From Lama glama (lineage: Eukaryota): a stretch of DNA of 64,000 nucleotides. The stretch lies in NCBI GenBank assembly GCA_028534125.1, contig CM052817.1:27468001-27532000 (forward strand), given 5' to 3'. Below the pieces are notes generated by a model. That model saw only the letters and a list, made by a program, of their open reading frames with translations. It was not told the origin of the DNA and made no database searches. Positions 12,840-25,407 of the stretch are shown here, piece after piece. Every line of letters begins with the position of its first letter. Positions within the stretch are counted from its first letter, which is position 1. Position numbers and translations under genes: made by a program.

Positions 12840-13530
12840 TACCTTCTGTTTCTATTCAAGTGGAAGACAAAGTCCCTGTGGTGGTCCCCCAGACCCTCCA
12901 TGATCTGCCTCCTCCACCCCAGCCTCACCTCCTGCCACCTGCCCATCACTCACTCTGCTCCAGCCGCTGGCCTTGTGCCTCTGACATACTATGAAGCTCC
13001 TGCTCAGAGCCTCACGTTTGCTGTCCATCTGCCTGAAATACTCTTCTGCCAGCCAGCTGTGTGACTCACTGCCTCACCCCTTCCTGGTCTCTGCTAAAGT
13101 GTCCTTATTAAACCCCAGCATTAGTACAAATGGACAAATTGGAAAAAAGGTACCCTCTTTCTCAAATAATTTGGTACCATCTGCCAGAATATTTTCATAA
13201 TTACATAGATGTCTAGCAACCACGAGGAGAAAGGCACTCCCCTGAGATGTGTGGAATCCAGCTCTCAGTAGTAGCCCCGGATGTGGGGTTCCCTGTCTAC
13301 TCCTAATAAAAGAGCAACACCCCCCACCCTGCTACAGTACTCCCAACTTCCTTACCTTAGACATTTATCACCATATTTATTTGTCTGTATGTTTGTTGAC
13401 TGTCTCTCCGTTCTACCACTAGACTGAAAAAAGCCAGGACTTTGTCTGGACCAGTGTTGGACCCCAGCACCTGTAGCAGTGCCTGCCACATAGGAGGCAC
13501 TGCCAAAATATTTGCTCAGTGACTGAAAGG
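12840..13530 (+). mobile_element. L2 LINE 3' region (fragmented)
   Basis: 'ccctccatgatctgcc', 'ccactagactg...gactttgtctg' and terminal 'cagtgcctgccacataggaggcac...aatatttgctcagtgactgaa'. Confidence 0.7.
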
Positions 13531-15354
13531 GTGAATGACCCAGTGCCCTCAGGAACAGAGAGCACAGAGTCAGATGTAACTAGCTGGTGTGAGAAATACA
13601 CCGATCAGCAGTGCAGAATAGGAAAAAGTGTGGGAAATTAGGACTTTAAATAGAGAAAGATAGTTATAAGGTTAAATGCCTAGACTATATATAAATTGAA
13701 TGATTGTGAAAATCTGTGCAAATGACAGAAAATTAAAGAAAAGGAGGCAAGGAGGGACATTTTAAACAGATGGTTGGTTGTGAGCTGTGGCTTGCCACTG
13801 GCAACAGAGTCTGATGTGTGGAGACTTGTTGAGATGGCACAACGTTCTAGAGGTGTGTGCATGGTTCTGAGCTGAGGTCATGGATGTGAACATGAAAGTT
13901 ACAGAGGCAGAAGACTGAATCTGGCCCTCCTTCATTGCCCCTCTTCTGTCCTTTTCACCATCAGCCCCATGCACCCATCTCAAGGGAAAGGAGAGGAAAT
14001 CAAACCTAAGATGTGATGGAGAGATTTTCATCCAACTGGAGACAAAGGAGGAGCACCAGCGTTTTCTAAAGAGCTGGATCAGTGTGTGCTGGGCTGAGAA
14101 ACCACCTGTGTTTGGTGATGGTCCACTTACCAAGATTTCACAATCTAAAAGAGCATCTGAGGACATCATATCAAAAGGAACAGTTATGAGCAGCTGGCTG
14201 TTCAAAACAAAAAGAAAGGAGACAATTGAACAGAGGCAGACTCCTGGGAAAGGGAAAAATATGAAAGCTATGTATTCTAATTGCATACTCTTTGCATTTG
14301 TGGAAACACAAAGAAATGTGGAGCATAATTTGGACCACTTCTGCTGTGATGAACTGTAAGAAAAATGAGTTTTCTATTTGAGCCTAAAGCCCCTGAAAGA
14401 GCAGGAAGTAAAAGTCATACTGGAGAGAGAGCCTTGGCTACACATTTTTCACGGAACATAAACACACATTGGAGGAGTTTTTTGGTGCTTAGTAACAATT
14501 TAATCATCCGTATTTGATGCTCCTTTTCTGGGTAAAGGATGTAAAGTCTCCAAAGGTCACAACTGATGCAATTTGGGCAACAAGAATATCTCATCCATTT
14601 CTGAGACACATATATTTTGTTCTTAAATAATTAAAACATTTCATCTCAGAATTCCTTTTCTGCCCCTAAATGTGTCATCTGATTAACCAGGGCTGTGTGA
14701 GCAATAGTAAATTCATTGAGTTGCATTAATAATTGTTATTGTAAACCAATATCAGAACTGCATGTGATTTAGTATAATCCATTTTCTGTCAGGCATTTGA
14801 CTTAATGATATTTCCTCTTCTACTTACTTACGCATTTCATTATCTGTTTTTGTGTCTTCAGAAACACAATAAACTATAACCAACAGGAAAAGATTGGTAC
14901 ATTTTTCAGAGCATGTTTCATTTTTCATCTTTAATGGGTCTTTTGGTAGGGTTCTTGCAACCAATTGAAACAGTTCTTTCCCTTGCACCAAAAGTACGGG
15001 CTTACACTTGGAGCAACCTTTGGAAGGGGAATGCCTGGCTACTCAAGTCCAGGAAAGGGAGGGGTACTTTGAAGAAGAGTGGCTCCCCTCCAGCCACAGA
15101 CGCTGTAATTGCCACCCCCTCCTTATTTCCTTCTATTTCCTCCCATCTGCCTTCCTTTCCTAGGTACACTGATGTTTTGGTTCAATTCTAATTGCATTTG
15201 GGTTGCACGCTAAAGCACACAGTATTCTTTCTTGACAGGCATTATTTTTGCAGATGTAAAGTGCAATTTCTCCCTGCATTCCCTTTAAACTACTTTTCTT
15301 CTCTCTTTTTAGAAATGTCTTAAGGGTAAAGAAAACATAGGTCCAGTCACCTGG

Positions 15355-15518
15355 GACCTTGCTACTTAAAATGTGGCCTCAGACTGCCAGCAGCACCCAG
15401 GAGCTTGTTGGAAATGCAGAATCTCGGGCTCCACCCCAGATCTACTGAATCAGAATCTGCATTTTTAACAAGGTCCCCAAGGTGATTTGTTGGTACAGTC
15501 AAGTTTAAAAAGCACTGA
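15355..15518. mobile_element. MER5A hAT-Charlie MITE
   Basis: 'ggagcttgttggaaatgcagaatctcgggctccaccccagatctactgaatcagaatctgcattttaacaagg'. Confidence 0.88.
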
Positions 15519-16101
15519 CTTAGGTCAGATTAAATGGAATATATAAAAACCAAGTATAAAAATTGAGATATGGATAGATAATAACATACAGAATCTCTTT
15601 GCTCTTCTAAGAACTCAGTAAAAAAGAGGGCTACACAATTTAAATATTTGTTGCTAATTTATCTCTTCACACTAGTGTCCAAAAGTATAAAAATAGAAAT
15701 ATAAAATGTCCCAGATTTGTAAAAATCTCTCTTGCATTCTTTTTTCTTATCAGAAAGGACACAGAAAAGAGATTAAAGGACCCAGGAGAAAGATTAAAAC
15801 ACAGGAGGACACAGAAAAAGATGAAAACACTAGAAAATGCATGTCCACCTATGGTGACTCAGTGTGGCCTGCCTGGATGCTGAATTTCTTCACCCGCCAA
15901 ATGTCACAAAGGGTCCTTTTACTCTTGGATAATTATAAAATAAACAGATCTCCAGGGGAGAAGCCCCTCCACACTTTCAGAAGACCCCCCTTTTTAATGT
16001 GTACCCCATTAAGATTTTAAATGCAAAAACTCAGTTTATTACATTGCTACGCTTTCAAACTCAGCAGGACATCTTGACATGATGGAAGGTAAAGAACTTG
16101 G

Positions 16102-16215
16102 TATGGTGACAAACTTTCCCAGTTTGTCCAGGAATGAGGGATTGTCCCAGGATGGGAGGTTTTCAGTTTTAAAACTAGGACAATCTCAGGATGACTGAGA
16201 CGGCTGATCATCCTA
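16102..16215. mobile_element. MER94-like hAT MITE
   Basis: Degenerate TAGGGTGACC-type termini (tatggtgac ... gatcatccta) and internal 'cccagtttgtccagga...ttttcagttttaaaac'. Confidence 0.65.
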
Positions 16216-19200
16216 TTCTAACATCCTTTATGAAATCCAGGGGGCCTAATGAAATTGGCACAAGAAACTAACTTATTAGAGACAAACAACTTTCACTGAA
16301 ATAATTTACTGCAAGCTAATCCTCTGAACCCTCACACTTAAAAGCCACAGAATCAAGCAGATCATCGGAGCAGATTTCTTTAAATTGGCTGGAAGTGCAC
16401 AGCTCTTGTTTCAGCATCAATAGATGTATTCGGTCTCAACCCAGCAGTTCACTAACCACATGATGTTTAAGGTTAGGCTGAAGGTATTGAAAAAATATCC
16501 AGTGGCCTCAGAAAGTGGGGTGTTTGGAGGCTGGTGGGCAGGGGAGAAATTCTGTGCTTGTATCTCATTCCCGGGAGGACCTCTGACTGGGGGCAGAGAT
16601 CCCAGGAGCTGTTAGTAGTTTTAACCTTTGGCCACTTGATGACTGAACCCTTCTAGTCCATCCTGGTGCCTAGGGGCTCTCAGAAGGCTCCGCGGGTACA
16701 AGTTCTTGCTCAAGGTCCAACAGCTGTCAGAGCAGATGGCAGGGGATTTGTTTACCATGGTCCTAAGTATCACCCTTTAGCTCTAAGGCACTGGGAACGA
16801 TTTGACAAATTTGATTAACTGAGAACAATATGACGCTGGCTTGGGAAGCTCACTCTACACTTGCACAGAGTTCCTTATGTTCTTTTCATGGTCTGAGGAT
16901 ACAGGATGATATTGGCTACCTCCTCAGTCCAATGAGACAATCAGAGAAAACAAAGAGAGTCACCCTTGGCTACCCCTTTTGTCTTACAGCTGAAAGTTTC
17001 GGTCAGTGAGATTTGTGATTCACACGTGCAGCCAGCTGCGCTGTCAGGGAGAGGCTGGGAGCATCCCTGGTCCCGCCCCCAATAAATGGAAATGTGGCTT
17101 CAGGTTCCAAGGCGCTCCTTGTCTCATTCGTCATTTACAAACCATATCTGCTTTGTGAAACTACTGACAAGCAGTCGAGCTGCTGGAAAAATCTAACCTG
17201 CCCTCCAACTTGCCTCGGCCTCCTCTCAGCTTCCAGGAGTTCCCTGGGTGAACTCCCAGTGGGTGGTTTGCAAAGCATTTTGTGCTTTGAGATAGCGTGT
17301 GTGTCCTTGGGTCTGTGAAAGGCCCCGAGGCTGCTGGGTGGGGAGACAATAGTCAGCTCTGGAAAGTCAGTCTGTGGGAAATCCTGGGGGCGCTGCAAGT
17401 TGCTATGAATAGCCTGGCATTTGGAAGAGAAGCTTTGCAGAGGAGTCTCCTGCTGTGCCCTCTAGCTCTCAGCTTGATGAAGGAGACCAGTCCCAAGCCG
17501 AGCCGAGAGGTGGGAAGGGCTCGGGGAGGAGGCCCATTAGAGCACAGGCTTTCTTGTGTCCAGATTCCACTTGGGTGACCCTGGGGAGAGAGCCTCTTTT
17601 CCAGGGCCACAATTGCTCCATTTACAAGCTGCAATTTGTCGCAAACAAAATTTGTGAATCCACCACTAACTGTCAGCTCAAGAGGTTGAAAGTTCAGTCC
17701 TGGGGAGGTCAGGATGCCTTCTAAAGGACTGATGACTTTGCTCATAGCCTCTCCTCCCCCACTATGGTGCTTGGAGACCCTTCCCTGGGGAGAGAACCAC
17801 ATTCCGGATTCGGATGCCTGCAAAGCAGAATGCTCAGCATCAGAGGGGCTCTGCCTCTGGAAGCATCAGTACAGCGGACAGATGGACCCGTTAGATGTGA
17901 CCTTTCTGCAGCAGAATGTTGACTTGGTTTATAATAAGTATAGCCATTTGAGAAGAGCAAGGCAAGAAACGGTCTGGTGATTATTAGAATTTTGCTGATG
18001 TTTGAAAGTTCAGCCAGTTTTGCTTGCATACTCCATGTGGAATAAAAAAGCCAGAAGGGCCCAGAAAAATGAGCTGTTCTTTGCCAAATCAAAATGTGTA
18101 AATAGCTCTTCTGAGAGTATAACAAAGGGCCTATTTTGCCTTTAGACACCAGAGCCAAAAACAGGAAAAGGCTACAATTAACTAACGGCAGCACAATGTG
18201 AAGTTAATCAATAATGGAATGATTATTACAAAGCTGTCGTGCATTCACCATACCTACTGCATGAGAGCTTCTTTCAGAGTATAAACATCCTTTCCAATTC
18301 CAGATACACATTTTTTCCTTTGTGATGACACAGTTTCATTTTCCATTGTGCCCTTAATTCTCATCTGCAGTCCTCTGAACCTCAGTGCAAACTGTGACTA
18401 AATTCCTCCTTTCCCCCACATGGGATATGATGTTGGACGCCCAGGATGGCACTGCACTTCAGAGAAAGGGAAGACACTTCCATCTGGAGGCTGGCCTGGC
18501 AAGGATTGCATCCTTTATTTCCTTAACGAGCTCACAGCGACCGCTTATAATGTAATATTGACGCCCTCAGATGGGAGTTCAATGAATGGTTCCACTTACA
18601 CTGAGTAAATCACTTCAGGTCTTCCTGTCACCCAAACACCAACATGAGGTCTAACCTAGAGAAACGCTGATGGTTTTAAAACCTTTCTGGCAGTACCGCA
18701 GCAGATCTCCCCAGCATGCCTACCTAACCGTCAGACACGCAGAGAACCTCCCCCTCAAAAACAGAGCCTCTGTTCCCTCCCTCCCCTGTCCCTTTGAGCT
18801 CCCCAAAGCCACATGCTGATGTACACTGCTCCCACTCAGAGGGAGCTGCAGTGGGTCTCTCTTCCAAGGGTAGTGCTCTGGGAGACACCCTTTCCCTGTA
18901 CGCTTCCTATTACCTGCCTCCCCTACCACACCCCCCGTAACACATCACCTGGAGTCAGCCGCTGAGAACACAAGAGTAACTGTTCCTCGGTCACAGGGAT
19001 CTTGAAGCCAAACTATGACACCCAGTGATAAACTAATGGGAGACCTCCCATCACCTGGTAGGTAATTTTTTTCTAATTAAGTTAATCTGATTTTTTTTTA
19101 TTATAAAAGGAGTACATGCTCATTATTAAACATTTGTAAAATACAGAAAAGTAGAAAGTTGGAGGAAAAATAGAAAGCCTACAGGTGGGTAATTATAGTC

Positions 19201-21104
19201 CCAGAATTATTAGTTATTTTGACTGGGTACCAGTTAATCCATAAATTAGATTTTTAGAGTCAACTGCAGTTCCAGTTTCTAGTGTAACTGCCAGCGTCTC
19301 CCCTAGGTCAACACCACGATTACTTATCGCATTTCTTTCTATCAGGACTTCAGGCCCGCTTAAAATTCCAAGGCAAAACCGCTGTCCTCAGAGTCCCCTC
19401 CTGGAACGTTTCCGTCTGGGCTCCAGGGCCTCCCCCTGTAGACCGCCTTCCCCAGGCCAGCTTCTTCGAGCACTGGAACTCTTACTTTTTCCCCCACAGC
19501 AAAAACCTCTTTAAATTTCTCCAAAATCTGTTTTTATAAGGAGTCCGATGTCTAACAGAGTTTCTGGCAATTAATCTCTTTACTTCCCTCTTGCAACGTA
19601 GGAACATTTCTACGAAAGGATGAAAGCAGAGTTATGAAGCAAACGTCAGGCAAGAATTTGGCTCAGGTACAAAAATCAAATATCCATCAATCTCAGCTAA
19701 CTACAACTCAGCAAGGAAGCAACAAATGATTGGGAAAGTTTCTAAGAAGTCAAAGCAGCTTCGCAAAACCAAGGTTCGTCCCTCTTAGTAGAACCCTATC
19801 TGAGAAAACGAGAGCTCTCACTCTCCTGGGGAACGTGGAGTAAATCGCAAGGTGACAATGGATTCTGGTGGGAAAGTAGCAACAACCCAGCTGAGATGAA
19901 GGAAATAGAAAAACTACCAAGGGCAGACGGGAGAATTCAAAATGCATAGCAGCCTGAGGCCGCGTTGTGCAGGGCGAGTTGCCCTCGGCACCTCGGTGGC
20001 CCTGACTTAGTGCCACATCACCACATGATGCAGTTACAATGATAACGAGGGAAAACTGTGTTCTGCACTGGGCGTTTAGAAAAATGGAAATGTGTGGCTC
20101 ATTTTAGAAATTTTTTTTTGAACTTTCAGTGGGAATTATACGGTAAACTCAATCCTCAGAACCAGTTTATTGTCATTGGGAGGTGCCAGGCTGTACCCAT
20201 AGCTACTGTGGCCGACCAAGAGGCCTCCTGAGGCCATGGCCTTCCTCTAAGCTGCATGAGGGCAGGGCTTGCTGTTTTGTTCACTGCCTTTAAGCGACAC
20301 CTATAACACTGGCGGTACATAATTGATGCCCAAAGTGGTATTTGTTTAACACATAGCCAAAGGCTGATGGGAAGTGTAGAGGCAGAGAAGAGGGTGGGTA
20401 TGAAGAGGCCTATCAAGGCATACTCTGAGGATAGGTTGGAGCCAAAGGCTTGGCTTCAGCAGACACGTAGGACACTACGGATATCATCTCAGGGCTGAAG
20501 ATGTCTCAACAGATAGAAAAGTATCTAGTTCTTTTTTGAAGCCAATAAGTAGCATTAAAATAATCTGAAGCATTTTGAAAACCATAGTAAAACTTAAGTA
20601 TTATAGTGTAATTACTGTGACAAATAGACCAGCTAATATATAATTTTATATATACATACATATAGTCAATATTAATGACTCAAACACAATGTACTTTATT
20701 TATTATCATAATGGGTGGGTGAACAGTCAGCCCTTCCCTACCAGTCATCCAGGGACTCTCTGCACTGATGGAGGCTCTCCCAGCCTCAAGAAGGAGCTAC
20801 CAACCGCTCTGTGGAATTGTCTCCATTCTAGCCTCCTGAAAGGGGAAAAGGATACACAGTAGTTTTACTCCCACTGATGCGAGCACAGTCTCCAGGCAAC
20901 AGCTAACTGCAAGGGAGGCTGGGAAACGCAGCTCTGCTGTGTGTCTAGGAAGATGAGAACAAGGGCTTTGGAGAACAACTCACAGCCTCTGCCACGAGTT
21001 GACTAGCTGAGCGACAATTACCCACCCTAACTGTCCAACAAATGTTGTGTACTTTCATTCTATATGGAATAACACAGTCATTCCGCAATGCATACGACTG
21101 CCGA

Positions 21105-21445
21105 ATCATTATACTGTATACCTGAAACTAATATAATGTTATATGTCAATTATACCTCAATTTTAAAATAATAAACTTTTAAAAAATAGTACATTCTATA
21201 TGATTAATTTATATGAAGTTTAAAAACAAGCAAAACTAATTTGGAACTTAGAATGTTTGTTACTCTTGGAGAAGAGAGGGCAGTGACCTGGGGTGGGTAC
21301 ATGAGGGGGCTCCTGGACAGCTGATCATGTTCTATTTCTTGTGTGTACTATTTACTGGGTGTGTTCCCTTTGGATCATTCATTAAGATTTATGCATACAA
21401 TTTTCATACTTCTAAGTATGTATGCTTTACTTCAACACAAAATCC
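21105..21445 (+). mobile_element. Old L1 3' end fragments (L1M-type)
   Basis: 'cctgaaactaatataatgttatatgtcaattatacctcaat' and 'atgttctatttcttg...tatgctttacttcaa'. Confidence 0.6.
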
Positions 21446-21499
21446 GGTCAGTTGGATCCAGACATTTTTTTTCTGGTGAGCCTCATGGCCAGATGGCAT

Positions 21500-21680
21500 A
21501 GTGTTTGGTTCAAGACTCTGAAATTAGAGGGTCTAGATTCACATCCAGGATGTAATCACCTCCTATCCGAGATCTTGTTACTAGCTCTCTGAGTTTCAGC
21601 TTTTTTATTTGTACAACAGACTAACTGTGATACCTCAGTCATCGATACTGAGAGAATTAACTCATCTCAGTAAACATTAG
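21500..21680 (+). mobile_element. MIR SINE (diverged)
   Basis: 'ctctctgagtttcagctttttatttgtacaa...gagaattaa'. Confidence 0.55.
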
Positions 21681-22649
21681 CTCTTGCGGTAGCTCTTGTT
21701 GCTCTTCCTCTATGGCCATGGAGAAGATGGAAATGTGCTGGGAAAGAGGGAGGGAAGGGGAAAGTTGAGTTAAGATAAATTTTGAAGGTGAAGAATGAGA
21801 GGGAAATTGTGATGTTGAGATGAAGGAGAAAGAGACCAAAGGGTTTGCTTTTCTCCTTCTGTTCCCTGCCTTCTATTGTGGCCTCCTGTCCATCTCTAGA
21901 CATGCAAGGTGGACATACCAGGTGATCTCCAGCTGGTTAGTCTTTCCAACTATAAATATCTTGAGGTAGGAGGGTGTGCAAACATCATCCAAAAGCCAAG
22001 CACAAACTTACATGTCTGATCTAACCTCAAATACAAAGGCCCAGAAACTTGAGAGTTAAGGGAGGTAAATTCTCAGTGATGGAATTATAGATTATTTTTT
22101 TAAAAAGAAAGAAAAAGGAAAGAAAAGAAATAACTATAAACACAAGCAAACAAGTTCATCCAAGAAATTCATGCATAGAGGATATGTCTTGAATTTATTA
22201 CAGGTGTAGTCTAACCTCCTGTAGTTTTTATTTTATTTATTTATTTTTGCTTCAAGAAATCTGTAGTTTTTTAGTTTTTAAAATTTCTTAATTTTTAAAT
22301 CTTTTTGTAGTTTTTAAATGAAACTATAAAATCATAGTGTCTCAGAGCTGGAAATGAAAATAGAAATCATGTAACTCCATCCCTTCATTTTGTGGATCAG
22401 AAGCAAGCACCAAAATCCTCTGTGATTTTCCTAAGATAACAAAAGGAGTTGGCTTGTGACAGAGCTGGGGCTAGGACCCAAACTTGATAATAATGGACAT
22501 GAAGAACAGTGACCCTGAGTTTCTGAAAGACTAATCATTGAGGAGACCATGGCCATTACAATCTACTTGCAGGGCTGATATATTTTTAGAAGCATTTTCA
22601 TCAACAAACGTTGAAATCAAAATGATTGCCTTTCTGAGTTTATTAAAGA

Positions 22650-22995
22650 TGATGGCTTAAAGACGGTCATAAATTCTTTCCAGCTCCTCCACTAAGAAGC
22701 TGAGTCTACACCCTCTCCCTGTGATGCTAGTGTGGCCCCATGACTGATTTCAGTGACACAGGACACTTCCGAGGCTGGGTCTCAAGTAATCTATGGCTGC
22801 TGAGTTCACAGGCTCCAGGAGAACCAAAGCCCTCTGATTGACAGCCCCAGCCGAGCTCCCAGCTTATAGCCACACCCACTGCCCGTCCCTCGGGTTAGTC
22901 GTTGGAGTGCTCAGCCCAGACTGGAGAATCATGAGAAAATAAATTCTTGTTTTAAACCATTACATTTTTGGGTGGCTTGCTTTAGAGCAGAAAAT
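22650..22995 (+). mobile_element. MaLR LTR fragment (MLT1-type)
   Basis: 'gacagccccagccgagctcccagc' and 'agaatcatgagaaaataaattcttgttttaaaccatt...ggtggcttgcttt'. Confidence 0.6.
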
Positions 22996-23369
22996 GTTCA
23001 CCCAAGTATTAAGTTTAAAGAGGCTTCACAGTAATTAACAACTTCATCAACTTAGTGAAAAAAATTCCAGTATTTTAAGCAGAGGAGAAAACGGCAATGA
23101 ATTATTTCCCCGAATCCTTAGAAATAAATGACAGAGGGATCTATTTGATTAAGAGTGGTCAGGGTAGGACTCTCTAAGATGGGGACGTTGGAGCAGATGT
23201 CTGAGGGAAGGAGAGGATCAAGTAAGTGAAGTCAAAAAATACAAAAGCAGTGAGACAGGTGAGGGCGTGGTAAAGCTGAGCAGGGCTCCCCTTTGCCCAT
23301 GCCACCCTGAGTTCAGATGGTGATGCAAAAGTAGATCGAGGTTTCTCTTCTCTGTCAGACCACTTATTT

Positions 23370-24660
23370 ATTCATGCATGCATACCTTCAACAGTTATTT
23401 ATCAAATACCTGCAATGCGCCAGCTATAGTGTCAGGGGCTGAGATATACATGGTAACCAATCAGAGAAGAGGGTTAGGATTAAGGTTAGGGTCAAGGTGT
23501 CCAGAGGAGAAAAAATTGAAAGTAAATAAGTAAACAAATAAATGGACAAGATACTTTTGGGTAGGTAAGTGCTATGAAGAAAACCAAAAAGGATGAAATG
23601 ACAAGACGTGACCAGAAGGAGATTTAGTTGTCGAACCCAGGGAAGCGCTCTCCAAGAAAATGACATTTGTAGGAGACCAAAATGATACAAAGGTTACAGC
23701 CATGCAGATATCTGAAAAAGAGTATTCCAGGCAGAGGGAACAACAAATGCAAATGTCTAAATCCAGGAATGAATTTCACATTGTCGAAAAACAGAGAGAA
23801 GGTCAGAGAGACTGAGGAAAAATAAAGCGGGAGAGTGGTATCAGATGAAGTCAGAGATAGACAGGAGCCAACTTCACGTAGGAGCTTGTTAGCCCGGACA
23901 AGCCTGGATTTGACTTTGAGTGCAATGGAAAATCATTGAAGGTTTTAAGAATAAGAGCTTCTCAATCTGATTTGTGTCCTTTGAACATCACACTGGCTGC
24001 CATGGGGGAGAGGGAGGCCAAGTGAAAAATGATGGTAGCTTAAAGGCGGTATCAGCAGGAATGGCAGGAAGTACATATGTTTGGAATGTGTTTTGGACAC
24101 GGAATCATTCAGACTTGCCAGTGGGCTGAAAGTGAGGGTTGAAGGAAACAGAGAAATCAAGAATGACCCCTAAATCTTGGCTTGAACAACTGAGGTGATG
24201 AGGGTTCCATGGGTTAAGATGGAGACCACTGTCCTGAGAGTAGGACTGGTGGCAGGAAATCAAGTGTCCTGTTTTGGTCACGTTAAAATTGAGAACTCAT
24301 TAGCTACAGACACAGAAATGTCAAGAAGCAAGGGGATTTTTGAGTCTGAAAGTCTGAAAATGGAAAGACACAACTGGAGGAATAGGAATCATTGGTCATA
24401 TGGATGGTATTCAAAGTCTTTACAGAGACTGAGAATTCCTAAAGAGAGATCATAAAAGGAAAAGAGAATGAAGCCTAAAATCCAGCCCTGGGTTACTCCA
24501 ACATTAAGGGCTTGAGCAGAGGACAGCCAGCAAAGAATGAAAAGGATCAGTCAGTGACATAGAAGAAAACCCAGATGCAGAGTGTGGTGTCATGGAAGCC
24601 AGGAGGAAATAATCTTCCAAGGAGGGAATGACTGAGTGTGTTGAATAATTGTAAGAGCTC
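23370..24660 (-). mobile_element. L2 LINE (antisense)
   Basis: 'ttcaacagttatttatcaaatacct', 'tattccaggcagagggaacaacaaatgcaaa' and 'ggtgtcatggaagccaggag'. Confidence 0.85.
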
Positions 24661-24827
24661 AAATAGTTTATCTTCCCATTGTTCAGACTGAAAGCCTGAC
24701 TCTTCCTTCTCTCACTCTCTGTATCCCGAAGGCAAATCTGACTATTTTCCACCACTGCCAAGGCACCTCCTCACGTGGATTCTGAAGCAGCCTCCTAACT
24801 GGTCTCTTGGCTTCTGCCTTTGCTCCC

Positions 24828-25177
24828 TGTGTTGGTTATCTACTGCTGCATAGCAGATTATCCCCAAAGTTAGACACTTAAAATAAGCATTCATTTTCTC
24901 ACAGTGTCTGTGGATCAGGAACCCAGGAGAGGTTTAGCTGGGTGGTTCTGTCTCAGCGCCTCCAGTGAGGTGACATCAAGATCCTCTGAAGGCTTGAGTG
25001 GAGGAGCCGCTTCCAAGATGGCTCATTAGCGTGGCTGTCCACGCAGGACCTCAGCTCCTCTCTGGTTCCTGGAAGGAGGTCTCTGTTCCTCACCACCTGG
25101 GCTCTCCATAGGCTGCTCAAGTGTCCTCCTCACATTACAGCTGGCTACGCTAGAGCGAGAGCAAGAGTGAGAGCGAG

Positions 25178-25230
<53 letters not shown>

Positions 25231-25407
25231 AAAGAGGCTGCATTTCTCCTCGTGTTTAATCTCCAAAGTCACACCACTTCCACCACTGCTGTTTGTGAGA
25301 AGTGAGTCACTGAATGCAGTTCACACTCAAGGGTAGGAAATTAGGTTCTGCCCTTTGAAAAGAGGAGCATTAAAGCATTTGTGGGTACATGTTTTAAAAC
25401 CATCACA
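24828..25407 (-). mobile_element. MaLR solo LTR (MLT1E/F-like) with 5-bp TSD
   Basis: TG...CA termini and TSD ctccc (24823-24827 / 25408-25412). Contains 'tctcacagtgtctgtggatcaggaacccagg...ttagctgggtggttctg'. Confidence 0.85.
25152..25230. repeat. (GA)n/(GAGC)n microsatellite
   Basis: Direct. Confidence 0.95.

Noticed and set aside
13762..14286. 174-aa minus-strand ORF
   Set aside because: No recognisable homology or exon structure; probably chance.
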